From Negaprion brevirostris (taxonomy: Eukaryota), in assembly GCA_030324005.1 (NCBI GenBank), contig JARDVH010000128.1, forward strand, positions 33,733,667 to 33,797,666: a DNA stretch of 64,000 nt, read 5' to 3'. Shown one piece after another: positions 1 to 14,080 of this stretch. How positions within the stretch are numbered: position 1 is the stretch's first letter; the number at the start of each line of letters is the position of its first letter. The translations under genes were made by a program, and so were the position numbers. The notes under the pieces are model-generated. The model did no database searches. It worked only from the letters and a program-made list of their open reading frames with translations, and was not told the origin of the DNA.

Positions 1-262
1 TCAAAAAGCTAAAGAAGAAATGGCAGCATGTCTGTAAAAACACAAACTTTACTTAAAACACAATGTGTGATAGTGTATACAAAGAAACAAAAGATTCAAT
101 GTCACCACCCCCCCCACATTGAATTATACAGAGTGCCAATTTCTTGTTCATGACTAAACCAACTGATAAAATCTGGCAGAGTTTGATCTAGAGCTCGATT
201 AGAGTTTGATCTGACAACAAAATCTATTTATTAGCTAAGGAATCAGGCCTAATAAACACATG

Positions 263-398
263 GGCCATAATTTTCTGGCCATTCATGCCAAAGGGATTCT
301 CTGGTCCTGCTACAGCGAAGGGAGATGTGGTTGAGTGCCAAATTCTGTGTCTTCGCTTGCAGTAGCGGCGGGGCACGAACAGCCAGAAAATTCTGGCC
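263..398. mobile_element. Short MITE-like element with terminal inverted repeats
   Basis: Left end ggccataattttctggc versus reverse complement of the right end ggccagaattttctggc (15/17 match). GC-richer than the flanks. Confidence 0.7.
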
Positions 399-1944
399 AA
401 GGATTTCCTCTTTATCCGAATAAAGACTCTTCCTGGTTGCAAAATAGTAGTGCTGGAATCCAGGTTATTCAGAAGAAATTGATGTTTACACAAATTAGAA
501 ACTGTTCAAATTGGAACTGGATTGATAGTCACTGTTTTTTTTAGAAAGGAAAATAGTCTGAAATTTTCAAGGAACTGAGTTTGACAGAACTTTTGCCAGT
601 GTAAGAAATAGTCTCAAAAAGTTGCATTATAACAGACTTATTTAACAATGAGCCATATGAATTTGATTAAGCAGCCATAATCATGTTTTAATAACAAAAT
701 TAGTGTTTCTATTTTTTTCCAATCTGAAGATGTGGGCAGAACAAGTCAGGCAATTTTTGTCCATCCTTAACTCCCCATGAGCAAATGTCAGTGGCAACTA
801 GATTTTAACTTTCATTATCATATTAATGGTTTTCATTGGTGAAGGCAACACAGAACTACTAAAAATTAAATTGGCATCATTGACAACCATGTTATTTAGA
901 TGAAAAAGTGGCAAGTAAATTCATGCCAAAAAAAGCTATATTCAATGCAGTCACTGATAATACTGTGCATGTTGGTTAAAGACATTTGCTTAATTTGTGG
1001 CAATTTAAGAAGTGTTCAACATGGAGAATGGTTATTATTTATTATTCTCTCATGACCTGCAAAATCTGAATTTGTAGTTCCTATACCCAAGGTTAGGTCA
1101 TTCCTAAATAACATAGAGGAGTCCTAATATTAATTCCTAGGAGATCCTGCCTTATATCTGGCATCAGTTCGAAAAGCATTTGTTTGCCATAACATTGTCT
1201 CCTAATCCTTAGCCAATTATGTACTCAAGTTACCTCTATCATTTTCATTGTATGTTTCTATTTTCTGAAATTTTTGCATTAACAAACCATAGCTCCCTTA
1301 CTCGCAATAAACACTCTTTTTCAGCAGAGCATGGATGAATAATAATTTTCTTCAAATAAATAACTTGCTCTCACCCACAGGAAAAGGAGATCATTCGGCA
1401 GTTTGTGGCAGCTGTACCTCTGCAACTGAGTAATGCATTATACTTGTTGCCTTGCTTTCTGTCCCATATCTTGCAATACATTTCCCATTCTAATAATGGT
1501 CTTCTGCTCAATAGGCATTTGTGGTAAAGCATTTGACGTTTCAATAACCTGGAGAGCATTTTTCCTAACTTCCACTTTTATTCTTCTAACAATACTCAGT
1601 CTATATTCCTTTGTTAGTCATTCATGAACCAGCAATATTATTTCTTCACTGTTTATCCTCTCAGAATGCTGAAAATATCCATTCTATTGTTTGTTTCATA
1701 TATTCAACACCTAACAATAAAAGCCCTAATTTCTCAAAATGATTACCTCATTCCTGTATCATTCCAGTGAATCATCACTGTTCTCTTTCCATAGTTCCAT
1801 TATCCATCCAATTATGGGATTCCCACAACCTCATGCAACACTCCTCTGTGGTCCAATCTATGTCTTTTACATTTACTGCTTCTAAGTCAGGTTGCCTATT
1901 CATTAGGTACATTGTCGTTTAAAAAACTGTTTTTTCATTTCTCT

Positions 1945-2230
1945 CAGTGGCTTATTTGGTTAAGACAGATCAGGAAAAGTCTTTGGTTCAATCCCTAGTA
2001 AATACAGAGTTGGTGGAACTCAGCAGGGATATCGCAACCAGCCTCAGCCAGGGCCCTGAGTTAGGAACGGGAATGAAAGTTAGCACTCTCATTCCTGAAT
2101 GTCATCTAGAAACGCCTNNNNNNNNNNGATGGCTCCTCCTGCAGTTGAATAACTGCAGCTACTTACTACCACAGTACACAAGATAGTCATTTAGGCACAG
2201 AATCATAGGGAAGACGGATTCTGGAGGAAC
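1945..2230 (+). mobile_element. Old tRNA-derived SINE-like fragment
   Basis: A-box-like tggcttatttggttaag and B-box-like ggttcaatccc, followed by a non-tRNA body. No cloverleaf. Confidence 0.4.
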
Positions 2231-5200
2231 TGCATCAAAAAGATTAGTTTGGGGGTGGGAATTTAGTAGAAGGGAAGGACTTTGTTGTCCTTATTTATAT
2301 TTACCAAATGTCAGTAATCAGTCAAAGTGTGAAAGAAATAAAGTGGTGAAGTGTTGAAATAGGCCAAAGGGATTTCTTTATAATGTTCATGCTCTTTATT
2401 GTTGTGGTGAACCTACTTTCTGAATTGGGAACTATCTTTTTTTCAATCCCTGCAAATTCTCTGTTATACTTAAAGAAGCAGAAAATGGTAATGCCTTACA
2501 CATTGGCCAACTGTATTTAGTAACAGGGCTCCTTCGTTTTAGAGTCTAATTATTTTGTAGGGAGGAGAAATTAATTTCCTGCCTTTTAGCTACATTCTGC
2601 TTTCTGCTGATAACGTACAATTGGTTTATCAAGTTCCACTTTATTAACTACAATAATCACAATTTGAGAAAAAGTCACTTTGCAGTGTAGAAGCAGCTTG
2701 ACTTTGCATCTAAACATGCTGTGCCTGACCTGGCAATGCTTGGGTGCAATGAAGAGCAAAGTATTTTGTTACCACCACTCACATCTTTTATATTAATGAA
2801 CAAAGGAAAAAGATACAGGAAAAAATGACCAACAGAAACTGGCATGTGAAACAGTATCTACACTTTTGAAAAAAGAAAAAGGTAATAAATCAAGGAAATC
2901 TCTTCAACAACCTAAACAGTTTGGGTTCAAATTTACAGTTTAAATTACCATGACTTAGTACAGTCTGAGAGATATATCATTCCAAACAAACTGCAGTCTT
3001 TCATCAAATCAAGGAATAAAGTCCAATTAATTGTGAAGGGAAGTTCTACTTGAAAAGTGTTAAAAGACAAGTCTCAAGCAGCTCTCAGTGAATACAAGTC
3101 CGTAGCTCACATTTTGTATATGAAGTAAATCCAAGCTCAACTATAGTAAGCACGAGCATTTCATCAAAACAATGTATTTCATTAAGTACAAATTATTGTC
3201 ACATTAATTCCTTCTATCATTCAAATATAGTTAGAAACCATTCATCTTGCTGGAAGTTTCCATTGTGTTTAGCACAACTGCAAAGATGGAAATCACACAG
3301 AAACTTCTTTATATTAATTGACCACAAGCACAACTCCCATCAGCTGAACAGAGAACAATGTTGTCCAATGAATTGGCCACCAGTGGCTGTTTGGGAATTC
3401 AAATGTGGCTAATTTTATTTTTGGTTAGCAAATAAAAATGAATAATAAACAGTGTAGTCAAATTGCTTGCACAGCATTTATACTTTAACCTTTTTGTGCA
3501 TTTGTTTGCTGGCAAAATGGCAAGACAAAAGCGGCAGCGTGTGTATATTTTTTAATCATTGAGTGTTTTAACTTCCTTGGTTACTTGATACACCTTTAAG
3601 TAAATATACTGGTGNNNNNNNNNNCAAAATCTAGTTATATGTAATGTGTGACAGCGAAGTAATAAAACCATTCATCAACCTGATGAAACTACAACACTAC
3701 TTGCATGCCAAGCAGCAAGCAATAGACAGAGCTCAATGATCCCACAATAAGCAAATCAGATATAAGCTTTGCAATCCTGCCACATCCAGTTGCGAGTGCT
3801 GATGGACAATTAGACAACAGATAGATGAAGGAGACTTCACAAATATCCCCATCCTCAGTGATTGAGGAGCCCAGCACATCAGTGCAAAAGACAAGATTTT
3901 GAAAGTGGTTGAAATGACGGTTGAAACACAGACATAAAATACCAATAGCACCATGATAATGGAGGAAGCTAAAGTCCCTCCCTAACTGAAAGAAACCAGA
4001 AGGATGTTTTTGAAAACAACATAAACTGGATGGGGGGTTTTGAAAATAAAACATAAACAAGCTGCAAATGATGGAAATCAGCAAGAAACCAACAACAACT
4101 TGAATGTATACATGACCTTAAATTTAAAGAAATACTCAAAGTCACTTCATAAAGAACAAAAAAAACGTTAAATCTAACACGTAGGATGCAGGGAACCTGT
4201 GTTAGTCAGTGAAGATGTGGCTGAGTTGTAAAACTGGGTCTTTGGGTAGGAGTGAGCACATGTGGCAGATACTTGAGTTGCAGTTTACGGATGGTATGAA
4301 ATCCCCAGTGAGAACATTTGTTGAGGTCGGAGGTAAGAAATCAATTATGTTTTCAGCAAAGGAGTGCCTGAAGTACGAACTGAAGTGGACTATGTTGTGG
4401 AGGGGGAATAGGACATGGGATTTAATATTCACTTTAAATAGAACACTATGATTATAAACTATGTTGATTAGCATATGTGTCAGAGGATAGGAAGGAATTA
4501 CCAACAAGGGAGAAAGAGTTACATTTATATAAAAACTTACTTACTCTTTAACATATTTGATTTCCTCAATATATATGTGGGGTTACATGGAATCCATAGA
4601 ATCCCTACAATACAGAAGGCCGCCATTCGGCCCATCGAGTCTGTACCAACTACATTCCACCCAGATCCTATTCCTGTAACCCCACACATTTACTCTGCTA
4701 ATACTCTGACACTAGAGTCAATTTAGCATGGCCAATCAACCTAAGCCACACATCTTTGGAATGTGGGAATAAACTGGAGTACCCAGAAGAAATCCACGCA
4801 GACACGGAGAGAAAATACAAACTCCAACCAGACTGTGACCAGAGGCTGGAATTGATTTGATTTATTATCGTCACATGTATTAGTATACAGTGAAAAATAT
4901 TGTTGCTTGCACGCTATACAGACAAAGCATACCGTTTAGAGAGAAGGAAATGAGAGAGAGTGCAGATTGTCATGTTACAGTCACAGCTAGGGTGTAGAAA
5001 AAGATCAATATAGGTAGGTCCATTCATATGTCTGATAGCAGCAGTGAAGAAGCTGCTCTTGACTCAATTGGTACATGGCCTCAGTCTTTTGTATCTTTTT
5101 CTGATGGAAGAAGGTGGAAGAGAAAATGTCAGAGGTGCGTGGGGTCCTTAGTTATGCTGGCTACTTTGCTGAGGCAGTGGGAAGTGTAGACAGAGTCAAA

Positions 5201-5388
5201 GGCTACATTTACACCCTTTTGCAGTTTCTTGCAGTCCTGGGCAGAGCAGAAGCCATGCCAAGCTATGATACAATCAGAAATAATGCTTTCTATGGTGCAT
5301 CTGTAAAAGGTGGTAAGAGTTGTAGCTGACATGCCAAATTTCCTCAGTCTTCTGAGAACGTAGAGGCGTTGGTGGAATTTTTTAACTA

Positions 5389-5393
<5 letters not shown>

Positions 5394-5458
<65 letters not shown>

Positions 5459-5466
5459 ACACACAC
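5394..5466. repeat. (TG)n microsatellite followed by (AC)5
   Basis: About 31 TG units, then acacacacac, forming a short palindrome at the junction. Confidence 0.97.
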
Positions 5467-5599
5467 CGGGGCAGGTTGGTGATCTGGACACAAAAACTTG
5501 AAGCTTTTGTCCATTTCTATTTCATCCCCATTGACGTAGATAGTGTTTTCTACTACGCTTCTTGAAGTTGATGACAATCTCCTTCGTTTTGTTGACATT

Positions 5600-5625
5600 G
5601 AGAGAGAGAGAGAGAGAGAGAGAGA
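5600..5625. repeat. (GA)13 microsatellite
   Basis: Seen directly in the sequence. Confidence 0.95.
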
Positions 5626-7628
5626 AATTATTGTCATCACACCAGTTCATCAGATTCTCTCTCTCATTCCAGTACTCTAATCACTGCTGGCGATCTGACA
5701 TATTACCACTGTGAAGCAGCAGTGCTAATCACTGTTCACTGTGCCAGCTGGTAAAGTTACATGCATGTTCTACTCCAGATTGCCAGCTGGTGAAGGAAGA
5801 ATCCAGAGCCTGTCTTTACTTGGGATAGATTTATCCAGAGTGAAACATACCATGTATATATCCCTTCACTCCACTTACCAGTTAGTAAGTGTCTCTTTAT
5901 ATGTACTCAGGTAACCATCCAATTAATGCCCTCCATCTGTAAGTATTAACCTCAACCAATACAATAAAAAATTGCATTTGTTAAATAATTTATCTAATAA
6001 TTCAACTGATTACGAGGACAAATTGATCAGTACATAAGACCACAAAATCCTTGATGTGTACTGTTGTTTTTATGAGCCCTGATATGTACTGCTACGTTGA
6101 GGAGCACTGCTGAGCACTCTCATACATGTTGAAGAAACAGATCTGAATCTCCATTCAGCAATGTTAGCACTTGTATTTTGCTTTATTCATTGTTCTTATC
6201 TTAAAACTTTGAGCAAAACAATGACAGATTTTTTGTCCCAGGTGACAGGAAGCGCTCAGCTGCAGTTCCCAATGCAGCATTAATTAGGAATCTCTTTAAA
6301 TCAGTAGTAGGATGCTTTTGCTGGTAGTTCCTGACATTTTACTAATTTAGCTGAAGTGAATGGTGGGATCTTGTTTACCCAAATTTGGTTAATACTGTTA
6401 AATTTATTTTGGGTTGTTACTGACTGTGACAGAATCATACACAGGGTATGGCAGTAAAATCACCCACTAATAATATAAAAGCAGCTCTGAAATCACCCTT
6501 TGGATGTAGATATAGTCATTTGGGAACAATTGACAACTCGTCAGCAATGCACTGCCCTGAAGGCTGGATTGTGCAAATGAACAATATTACAAATCAAATA
6601 AAAATAGAAAGTGATGGAAATGCTCAGCAGGTCAGATAGCACCTGTAGAGAGGAAGGTAGTGTGGACATTCAGGCATGTGGAACATTGAAACAATGTCAG
6701 CCATTCAATTACTCAAACATGTCCTACCATTCAATGAGATCATGTCTGATCAGGTTTCTAACAAAAGGTCATCAATTCAAAATGTTAACCCGCATCTTCC
6801 CTTCTCTACAGAATTTTCGCTATTTTCAAATATTATTGGTTTATAATTTCATATTTCCATTATTTTGCTAAATGTTACAAATCAGACAGCTGTTCTTTAA
6901 CATTCAAGAATTGCCACTTGAATGATCATGACAGACAAACAAACTGCATTAATTACCATAAACAATTGTGTGGTTTCTGGTTTCCAAAAGTAGATTTTGA
7001 TTGTCAAAGTAGGGGTTATTAATACAGATGATAGTAGGATTCCTCTGTACCACTGCAATACAAGATTAACACCCTTTCTTCCTGTGTATTAGAAGTATTG
7101 ACATATTCTGCAATATCTATCTCTGAAAAAAAAAATAGACAGGCTGCTAGTTTTATTGCACAGCCCGAGTCATATGGTCCCTCCAGCAATTTTATGGTGG
7201 GGTGGGCAAGGCCTTGCTGCGCAGGACTCGCCCATGGCAGTCAATCTGAAACATTCAGGCCCATGTTTTAGATTATAGTAGATCAGCCATTTGCTGGTGC
7301 TTATGCTGATTCTTAACAAGTGGCCACCTCTGTGCGTCTTTACCTCAAGAGCACTGAAATCAAATTTACATGTTCACATCATTAGCCATGCTAAATATGA
7401 ACTGCACATGATTTACAGATAAACACATGAAAAACTTTTCAGTGAAGCACTCAATTCTGTAAAAAAAGTATTAGCTATGAGCCAAAGTAGTACACCTCTC
7501 ACCAGCAAACCATAGTCATACTGTAGAAGGATTAACAGGTTAGGTTCTGTACATTGAAAGAGAAAAATGACAGCAATGGGATAGGAATTAAATTGTCAGT
7601 TTACGCAGAATAATAAGCTAATACATAC

Positions 7629-7766
7629 CTCCATTTCTTTATTTTCATATTTATACGCATTTTTTGTTCCTTGACTTTTCCTTCGAAGCTTCTTGAGTTC
7701 TGCTTGAGACTTTTCAAGAGAATCCAATTTAGTTCTATGTTCTGTTTGGTACTTTTTAAGAGTTGC
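7629..7766 (-). CDS. BAIAP2L1: BAIAP2L1 coding exon 6 (138 nt), basic cluster of the IMD
   Basis: ttttgtttgcag|GCAACT...ATGGAG|gtatgt gives [46 protein letters not shown], compared with [51 protein letters not shown]. Confidence 0.97.
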
Positions 7767-8293
7767 CTGCAAACAAAATTTCATCAATGTATTAATCTGC
7801 AGTTTTTTTGGACTCAAAAAACTTCAATTGATTCAGCAATCTTGCAGAGTAATAGCAGAGAATTCTGCTTGATTGAAGACTTTACAGGGATTCAAATCTA
7901 GGAATAACTAACTTTGGGTCAATTTACAAATGCAGAAATTCAGATAAGCATCAGTTTAATCTCTTATAGCTGTTTCATTATGCATTCTTAGTCTTTGTTA
8001 CTCAGCCTTTTCGATATTAACAACTTGCAGTAAGTCCAATTCATCACTCTGTCTGTCCTCACTGATTTGCACTCACCTCCAATGTCTCAATTTTGAACTT
8101 TACAACCTTGTTTGCAAGGCCCTCCATAGCCTTGCATTTCCCCATCTTTTTAACCCCCATCAGTCCCACAACTCTCAGGTATCTGCACTCCTCTAATACT
8201 GGCCTCTTGATCCTAACCTATTTTAGTTGCTCCATCAAAGGTAGCCGTGTCCTCAGCTGCCATGACCTGGAGCTCTGGAACTCAAACTCTGAA

Positions 8294-8508
8294 GACAGGA
8301 TTTTCTGACACCCCTCAAACCTTGACACATGTTTTGCAGTGGCAGAGGCAGCCCGGCATTAGCCAGCAGCAGGATCTTCTAATCCTGCCACTGTCAATGG
8401 GGTTTCCCGTTGCTTGCACTCTCTGCCACCAGGGAATATATGGCAGGAAACCACTATCAGTGGGACTGGAGGTTCCCGCCAGCGGGAACAGCTGCAAAAA
8501 TCCCACTC
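8294..8508. mobile_element. MITE-like element inserted in an old L2-like 3' fragment
   Basis: Ends are gacaggattttc and aaaaatcccactc (degenerate TIRs). The flanks (ctctggaactc.. / ..ccttaaaaacctacc) rejoin as an L2-like tail also seen at about 15.4-15.8 kb and 60.4-60.7 kb. Confidence 0.55.
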
Positions 8509-8989
8509 TATATCACCCCAAGCCTCTCTACCTTTTTTTGCTCCTTTAAAGTACACCTTAAAAACCTACCACTATGTTCATGCTTTAATCATCTGCTCTA
8601 ATTTTCTTTTATGCATCTAGTATCAAATCCTACTTTCTGAAACTTCTGTGAAATGTCTTGGGCATTCTGTTATGCTAAAAATGTTATTTGATGCAAGTTG
8701 TTTCTGGAGTATTAATACAACATCTGAAAATTAAATTGAATAACATTGCTGATTTTTTTGGGTTAAAAGAAATGAATATGGGCTATATGAAATGCTCCAT
8801 TTTTTGTTGTCCCAGTTCTTCTTGCAAGTTCAAATACCTTAAAAACCAAAGAAAAACCAACCCCTAAAATCCAAAATTATAGACAAACACATTTGTCCAA
8901 TAATGTTAGTTGATCAAGCCACCAAATTTTCTGCTGGATATATTTCTATTAAGTAAAATGTGCTTTGCCAAGATTTATTGGATGTTCTT

Positions 8990-9312
8990 TCCTCTGGCAG
9001 GGATGTTTAGAACAAGAGATCATATTTCAGGATACGAGGTAGGCCATACATGAGACTAAAATGAGGAGAAACTCTTCACTCAAAAGATGGTGAACATGTG
9101 GAATTCTTTCTCATAGGAGACTGTGGAAACCAAGTCATTGAATATATTTAAGAAGGAAATAGATAGATTGCTAGACTCTAAAGGCGTGAAGGGGTATGGG
9201 GAGAGCATAGGAACGTGGTGTCGAGTTAGAAGACCAGCCATGATCATACTGAATAATGGAGCAGGCTCGAAGGACCAAATGGCCTGCTCCTATTTTATAT
9301 GCTTCTATATTA
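8990..9312 (+). mobile_element. CR1/HER1-like LINE 3' end
   Basis: tttcctctggcagggatgtttagaacaagagatcat...gaggagaaactcttcactcaaaagatggtgaacatgtggaattct...ggctcgaaggaccaaatggcctgctcc, a typical CR1 ORF2 end plus 3' UTR. Confidence 0.8.
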
Positions 9313-9734
9313 TGACAGCCTTGTCCTCCACGTTAAGAATTTTTGAGCTTTTATTATCCAACATGCTTGAACTTTTACTATCCAACAGATTCTTCAGTTA
9401 TTGGCTTGTTGAAAGGGTTAATTATTTGCTCAGGGAAATAACTGCTGTCACTTTAGAATTATCTGTAAAATGGGTGCTTGCTTACATTATGTGTTAACAC
9501 AACATTAATATTTGAAACCTAAAAATAGTTGGGTGAGATCGGAGAAGAAAGGATATATCCTTTTGGTGGCACAAGGTCAAAAACATGTTGAATGAATATT
9601 CAGTATTTGGAAAAATTGAAGGATTTCTTTAAAGTATTAAGGTTACATTTGTATGTTGCAACAGAAGTGACAATTGCCAGTAATCATAACTTTGCACAAG
9701 TTACCGTTGTAGAATGAAAACATTAGATACCTAC

Positions 9735-9806
9735 ATTCATGTATTTCACATCTTGATCAGTCTTTTTCTCCAATTCACTTATGATTTCTTTGTGAAATTT
9801 CCTAAA
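9735..9806 (-). CDS. BAIAP2L1: BAIAP2L1 coding exon 5 (72 nt)
   Basis: ttttcacctttaag|TTTAGG...ATGAAT|gtaggt gives FRKFHKEIISELEKKTDQDVKYMN, compared with IRTKS [24 protein letters not shown]. Phase 0 to 0. Confidence 0.96.
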
Positions 9807-10384
9807 CTTAAAGGTGAAAAAAGAGTTTTAATGAGAAACCACATCTGCAATAAAGAGAACAATGAACTTAACAGTCATAAGATAATACATATCTTAACTT
9901 AATATTCTCTCAAACCCAGTTACCATTGATTTTCCACCGAATGGGTTGGGCAGCAGGTTGGCAGATGAAACTCATGCAAATTCACACACTATTCTGGGCA
10001 AAATGTAAAGGAACATCAATGCAAATTTCTCAGCAGCTTGGTTTGGAGCAGCTGAAGAGATGGGTGAAGAGAACAAATCGATTCCCTTACACTGTTTAGA
10101 GCTCTCCTGAACCCCTGAATTCTCTGTTCAAAGGGTTCCTTTGACATCACTTTGTAACTGGACAACAAAAGATCAATTAGTGGCTTCGACTGATCAATTT
10201 TTACTTTTCAAATGCCTTATGTTAACTAAATAACTTACAATTAAGTTGCTGAGATCAGGAACACAGATCTGAGAATTTTCATGCAGCAGAACCAGGCTAT
10301 TGCAGTTTAACTTATAAAAGTATAGTAGTCATGAAGGATAAGCTTCAATTGCAAGACAAAAGTAAAGCAAATATATATACATAC

Positions 10385-10446
10385 ATTATCTTCCATATCT
10401 ATGTTGATTTTCTTGTGTACTTCAGAAATCTCCATGAGGACTTGTC
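10385..10446 (-). CDS. BAIAP2L1: BAIAP2L1 coding exon 4 (62 nt)
   Basis: gtccccacag|GACAAGTC...GATAAT|gtatgt gives (G)QVLMEISEVHKKINIDMEDN, compared with IRTKS GHVLIEISSTHKKLNESLDEN. Phase 1 to 0. Confidence 0.94.
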
Positions 10447-10759
10447 CTGTGGGGACAATTGAAAATTAAGTTCAAGAAGCTGCTTTTTTTTTCATTTGCA
10501 CACAATATTCTGCATTGCAAATGTTCTTGAATTTCCAGTCCATCATTGTTGTTGAAAGCAGAGATAGTTACTTCCTGGCCTCCATCAACTGGATCATTCA
10601 ACAACTACTGGGAACTGCTTAAGAAAGTCAATCCACATTTGCCACTCTGCATCTATCTTTCCGACCTGGAAGGCGTTACAGGTTATATATTTAGTCTGGC
10701 TGAGATTGAGAACTGACCAGAGCAGTCAAGCTTGTCAGAAAATGCTGGTTCAGCCTCTA

Positions 10760-11296
10760 GGCTTGATTTTTAAGCCCTTTGGGGAAGACAGGTGTCAAAA
10801 ATAGTACAGCTGACTGACCTTAGCTACCTCCAGCCCCCCAGGCCATTTTACTGAGATAGAATTGGAGGTGGGAGTGGTTGGTGATGAGCAGCTGATCCAC
10901 CTCATTAAGGACAGCTTCATGCCAATTAAAGGAAGGCAACCTGGATTTTCCAGTTGGTCTACAGATCCCGACAGGCACTGGATGCTGGTTTTGTGCTCAA
11001 GGTGACCTCCCAGTGTTTGATAGGCTTAGAGCCGTTGCATGCCCGAGTTAAAAAGCCATTTTTAATTTAAGATAGCTCCATTTTGGAAAACCTCCTCCTT
11101 CATTTATCTTCGATCACAGCCTGCTACTTTCAACTGAAAGGTTTCTGATTGGCCCTCTAGCTTTGGCAGCCAGATTGCTGTCCCTAATTGGAAGAGCCTG
11201 CCCTCTATCTGCTCAGGGGAAAACCACATGTAGTAGGCTTGATCCTTATTTGAGCCAAAGGGATTCAGAAAAAAGTCCGCAGATAAAATCCTGCCC
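10760..11296. mobile_element. MITE-like / non-autonomous DNA element
   Basis: Left ggcttgatttt versus right-end reverse complement gggcaggatttt. Same terminal motif family as 263-398 and 8294-8508. Confidence 0.55.
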
Positions 11297-13649
11297 TGTA
11301 TTAAAATCTTGCCAGTCTATCCAAATGATTCTCTAAATGATAATCTAAGAATATTGCCATAATTTGGAAAGAGTAGTCCCAATCAAGAGGCTTCATTTTA
11401 AATGAGGTTTTGGCCTGTCTTTGGCTCTTAAGGCAAACATAGGGCAAAGGGCGTAAATGTATTTGCAACTAGCTGTAATCTGTTGTCTGAGGGTTTGTGT
11501 AACAGCTTTAGTAGAATGGCCAGATCCTGAAGGAACCCGTGTGAAGCAAAGTCTACCTCTGTTGTTGGAAGGAAATAATTTGGCCTCAATTGATGAATTG
11601 GCTTCACATAGTAATTTCTTTTCACTCAAAAAGTCAAATCTGGCCATGGTGAAAATCAAGAATTCCAGGCATTTTACCATACTGAAATGTATTGATAAGT
11701 TATGCAGGATTTCAGAGAGACAGGTCGGTGAAGGTAATTTTTTTGCTCCTGTTTTTTAATCAGTCTAAATAATATGTCTTAAAAACCAATACAGATTTCA
11801 ACAAAACTTAGTACACACATAAGGCCCAAATAAGAACTGATTAGTTTTTGGTGAAGACATGGTTCTGGGTTCTGGAGTTTATTAACATTAGGAGATAGGA
11901 CAAATTGACTTGAAGAATGATCTGGATATTCAGATTGTTGTTGATTGGTTCAGAATGTTGTGGATTGTCTCAGCTGCTCTGGTGAAATTTGTCAAAGTGT
12001 GAGCAGAACTTTCAAAGCAGGTTGTTAGATATGGATTGACCTGAAGCCGCCTCAGTGAAGTAGAAAAACCTAAAAAAAATATATTTTTAAGATTTGTAGT
12101 TAGTGAATCAACCAGGCAGAGAAAAACATCAAGAGCTGCATAGTTGTAATAAGTGAGTTAACACAGTGTGGCAGATGTATGGGCTCTATTGAGTGCCCTC
12201 TTCAATTGTCATCTGTCACTGTTCATCAGGAGACGTATTTTCCCAATCTCCATGCAAAGTCTAACTCTTCCCTCTGTTCAACATGGCCAGTCAAAATAGA
12301 TAATGTACAGTGTGCTGAAGTTTTGATGTTGGCTAGAAAGACCTCACGCTCTTTTGTGAAGTTTACTTATCCAGCCTCCCCATACTCCGGTATCAGCCCC
12401 TCCAAGGTAGCAAGAACCATGGACAAATACTTTTCTCTGATTTAGCCTCTGGAGCTTCACATTATGGAACAAACCAATCCTGTGAGATATCTACTTATGG
12501 AATTGGAATCTTGAATAAGTCCCAGGCTTAGGCAAACCTAAGCAATTCCCCCAAGGTAGCTCGAGTCTCAAGAGTTTGCCATTCCCTGTATGTACTAACA
12601 AGAGAAAATTTCAACATCTTGATACGCAGTGTTAAGTATTTAGCACCAAAAGTGTATAGCAATTTCATTAATGTATGAATTAATATGTCTAAAGACTTTT
12701 TCCCCCAGGCTGCAATCTTCTGCGCATTACATCACATGCGTACAAGTAGTTAGAGGTTCACAAGACACTCCCTGATGCAATCTTCCCTGTTTGCCTAGCA
12801 ACAAATCAGAACTGTTTTGTAAACATCAATGTTTGTCCACTGAGCAAAAACTCAGGAGCTCCAATGGTAAAAACTGGCAGGTGAGTGGATATCGCAACGG
12901 TGGAACATAGCTATTGTACGCATCTATGATTACTCATAAATGATTAATGCAACATCATGGTGAAAGGAAAATCCAAAAGGAGTATTGTTTGTTCAATAAA
13001 TTCCCTTAATGCTTACCAGGGGGAAAAATACAAGCTTTCATTAGTTTTTAAAAATAGGTGAATTTTACCATCTCCACAGTAATGTGCCAAGACAAAGACT
13101 CTTGTTTCCAGGCACACCCTCCTGGTATTTACTCAATGTTAAGTGCACCAACGTCACTGCTGTTATTGCAATCAATGAGACAGTTTTAAGATATGTGCAA
13201 TGCCTTCCTTTGGCGGTGAGTCAAAGTTAGGCAAGGCCTGTCTCCATCCAGAGGAGAATACTGACCTTTTAAAAACTCTATTTCTACGCCTTTTTACCTG
13301 TTTTAGACAATAAAATATTTTCTTGTAATTATTTTGTACCAGTGCCATGACATGTTGCCTACTGTATTTTTTAGTCTATTCAAAAAATATTGGTATCCAA
13401 AACCATCAATTTCAACAATTTATTATGAACGAAAAAATGTTTAGGGATAGGTTAGCTGCATTTCAGCCTAAAGGAATTGGAAGAACTAGGAAAATATAAG
13501 CATTTCCCAATTGTATTTAGCAGCCTCAGCCAATTACAACAGAAATTCTCCAATTATTTATGGCACTGCTACTAAACACTGAAGGAACATTAAAGAGTAA
13601 CTTTAATTGCAAATTTTGTATCCTACATTGTATTCTATTTTTAAAAGAT

Positions 13650-14080
13650 AAGTTAGACCTTCCACGATCTCAGGTCACTGTAAAATGCTTTACAGGGAAC
13701 AAAATATTTCTGGATCATAGTCACTGCTCTAATTTAGGAATATGGAGACAAATTTGTGCACTGAATGTTCCCGTAAGTAGCAATACGATAATAATGAGAT
13801 AATCTGCTTTTAATGATGTTGATTAAGTGCTAAATATTGTTTGGAACACATGGGATAATTCCCCTGATCTTCTCTGAAATAGTGTGTGGAATCTTTTACA
13901 CCCACTAGACAGGCTGACTATTTCTTCATTAACATCTTATCCAAAAGATTGCCTCTCTGACAATGCAGCACTCCCTCAATATGACACTGTCAGTCTAGAT
14001 GTTTTTGCTGAAATCTCTGGGTTTAAATCTACAATCTTCTGATCCAGAGCAGAGTGTACTACCTAGTAACCTATGGCTGA
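13650..14080 (-). mobile_element. Deu-domain SINE (SacSINE1/AmnSINE1-like)
   Basis: The reverse complement carries the recalled Deu core (gagtgctgcattgtcagag...aaaagattccac...ctatttc...gggaattatccc...caatatt...cagattatctc). Homologous copies are at about 18270-18560, 33100-33440 and 46140-46500. Confidence 0.7.

Larger units (their letters stand above)
4855..5700 (-). mobile_element. Rex1/Babar non-LTR retrotransposon, 3' fragment
   Basis: ORF 5129..5491 contains IVKKFHQRLYVLRRLRKFGMSATTLTTFYRCTIESIISDCIIAWHGFCSAQDCKKLQK, the Rex1 RT C-terminal signature. The minus-strand 3' tail is aataaatcaaat. Confidence 0.85.
4595..5746 (-). mobile_element. HE1-type tRNA SINE split by a Rex1/Babar LINE fragment
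   Basis: The SINE tail and body run 4595-4854 (catagaatccctaca...gctggaattg). The head resumes at about 5708-5746 (tgtgaagcagcagtgctaatcactg...gtgcc). Confidence 0.8.

Noticed and set aside
1-50. Minus-strand acceptor-like tgtgtttttacag at the window edge
   Set aside because: The following sequence (TCCHFFFSFL in phase 0) does not resemble IRTKS exon 7.
178-212. Three imperfect copies of agagtttgatct
   Set aside because: A tiny slippage duplication with no further structure.
1433-1549. Possible BAIAP2L1 exon 7 (ctccag|GTTATTGAAACG, VIETSNAL...)
   Set aside because: It hits a stop after 36 codons and lacks the expected ALLEEKRRFCFL motif. Exon 7 is probably beyond the left edge.
5129-5640. 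ORFs with poly-HT and poly-SL tracts
   Set aside because: These are translations of microsatellites inside a dead Rex1 fragment.
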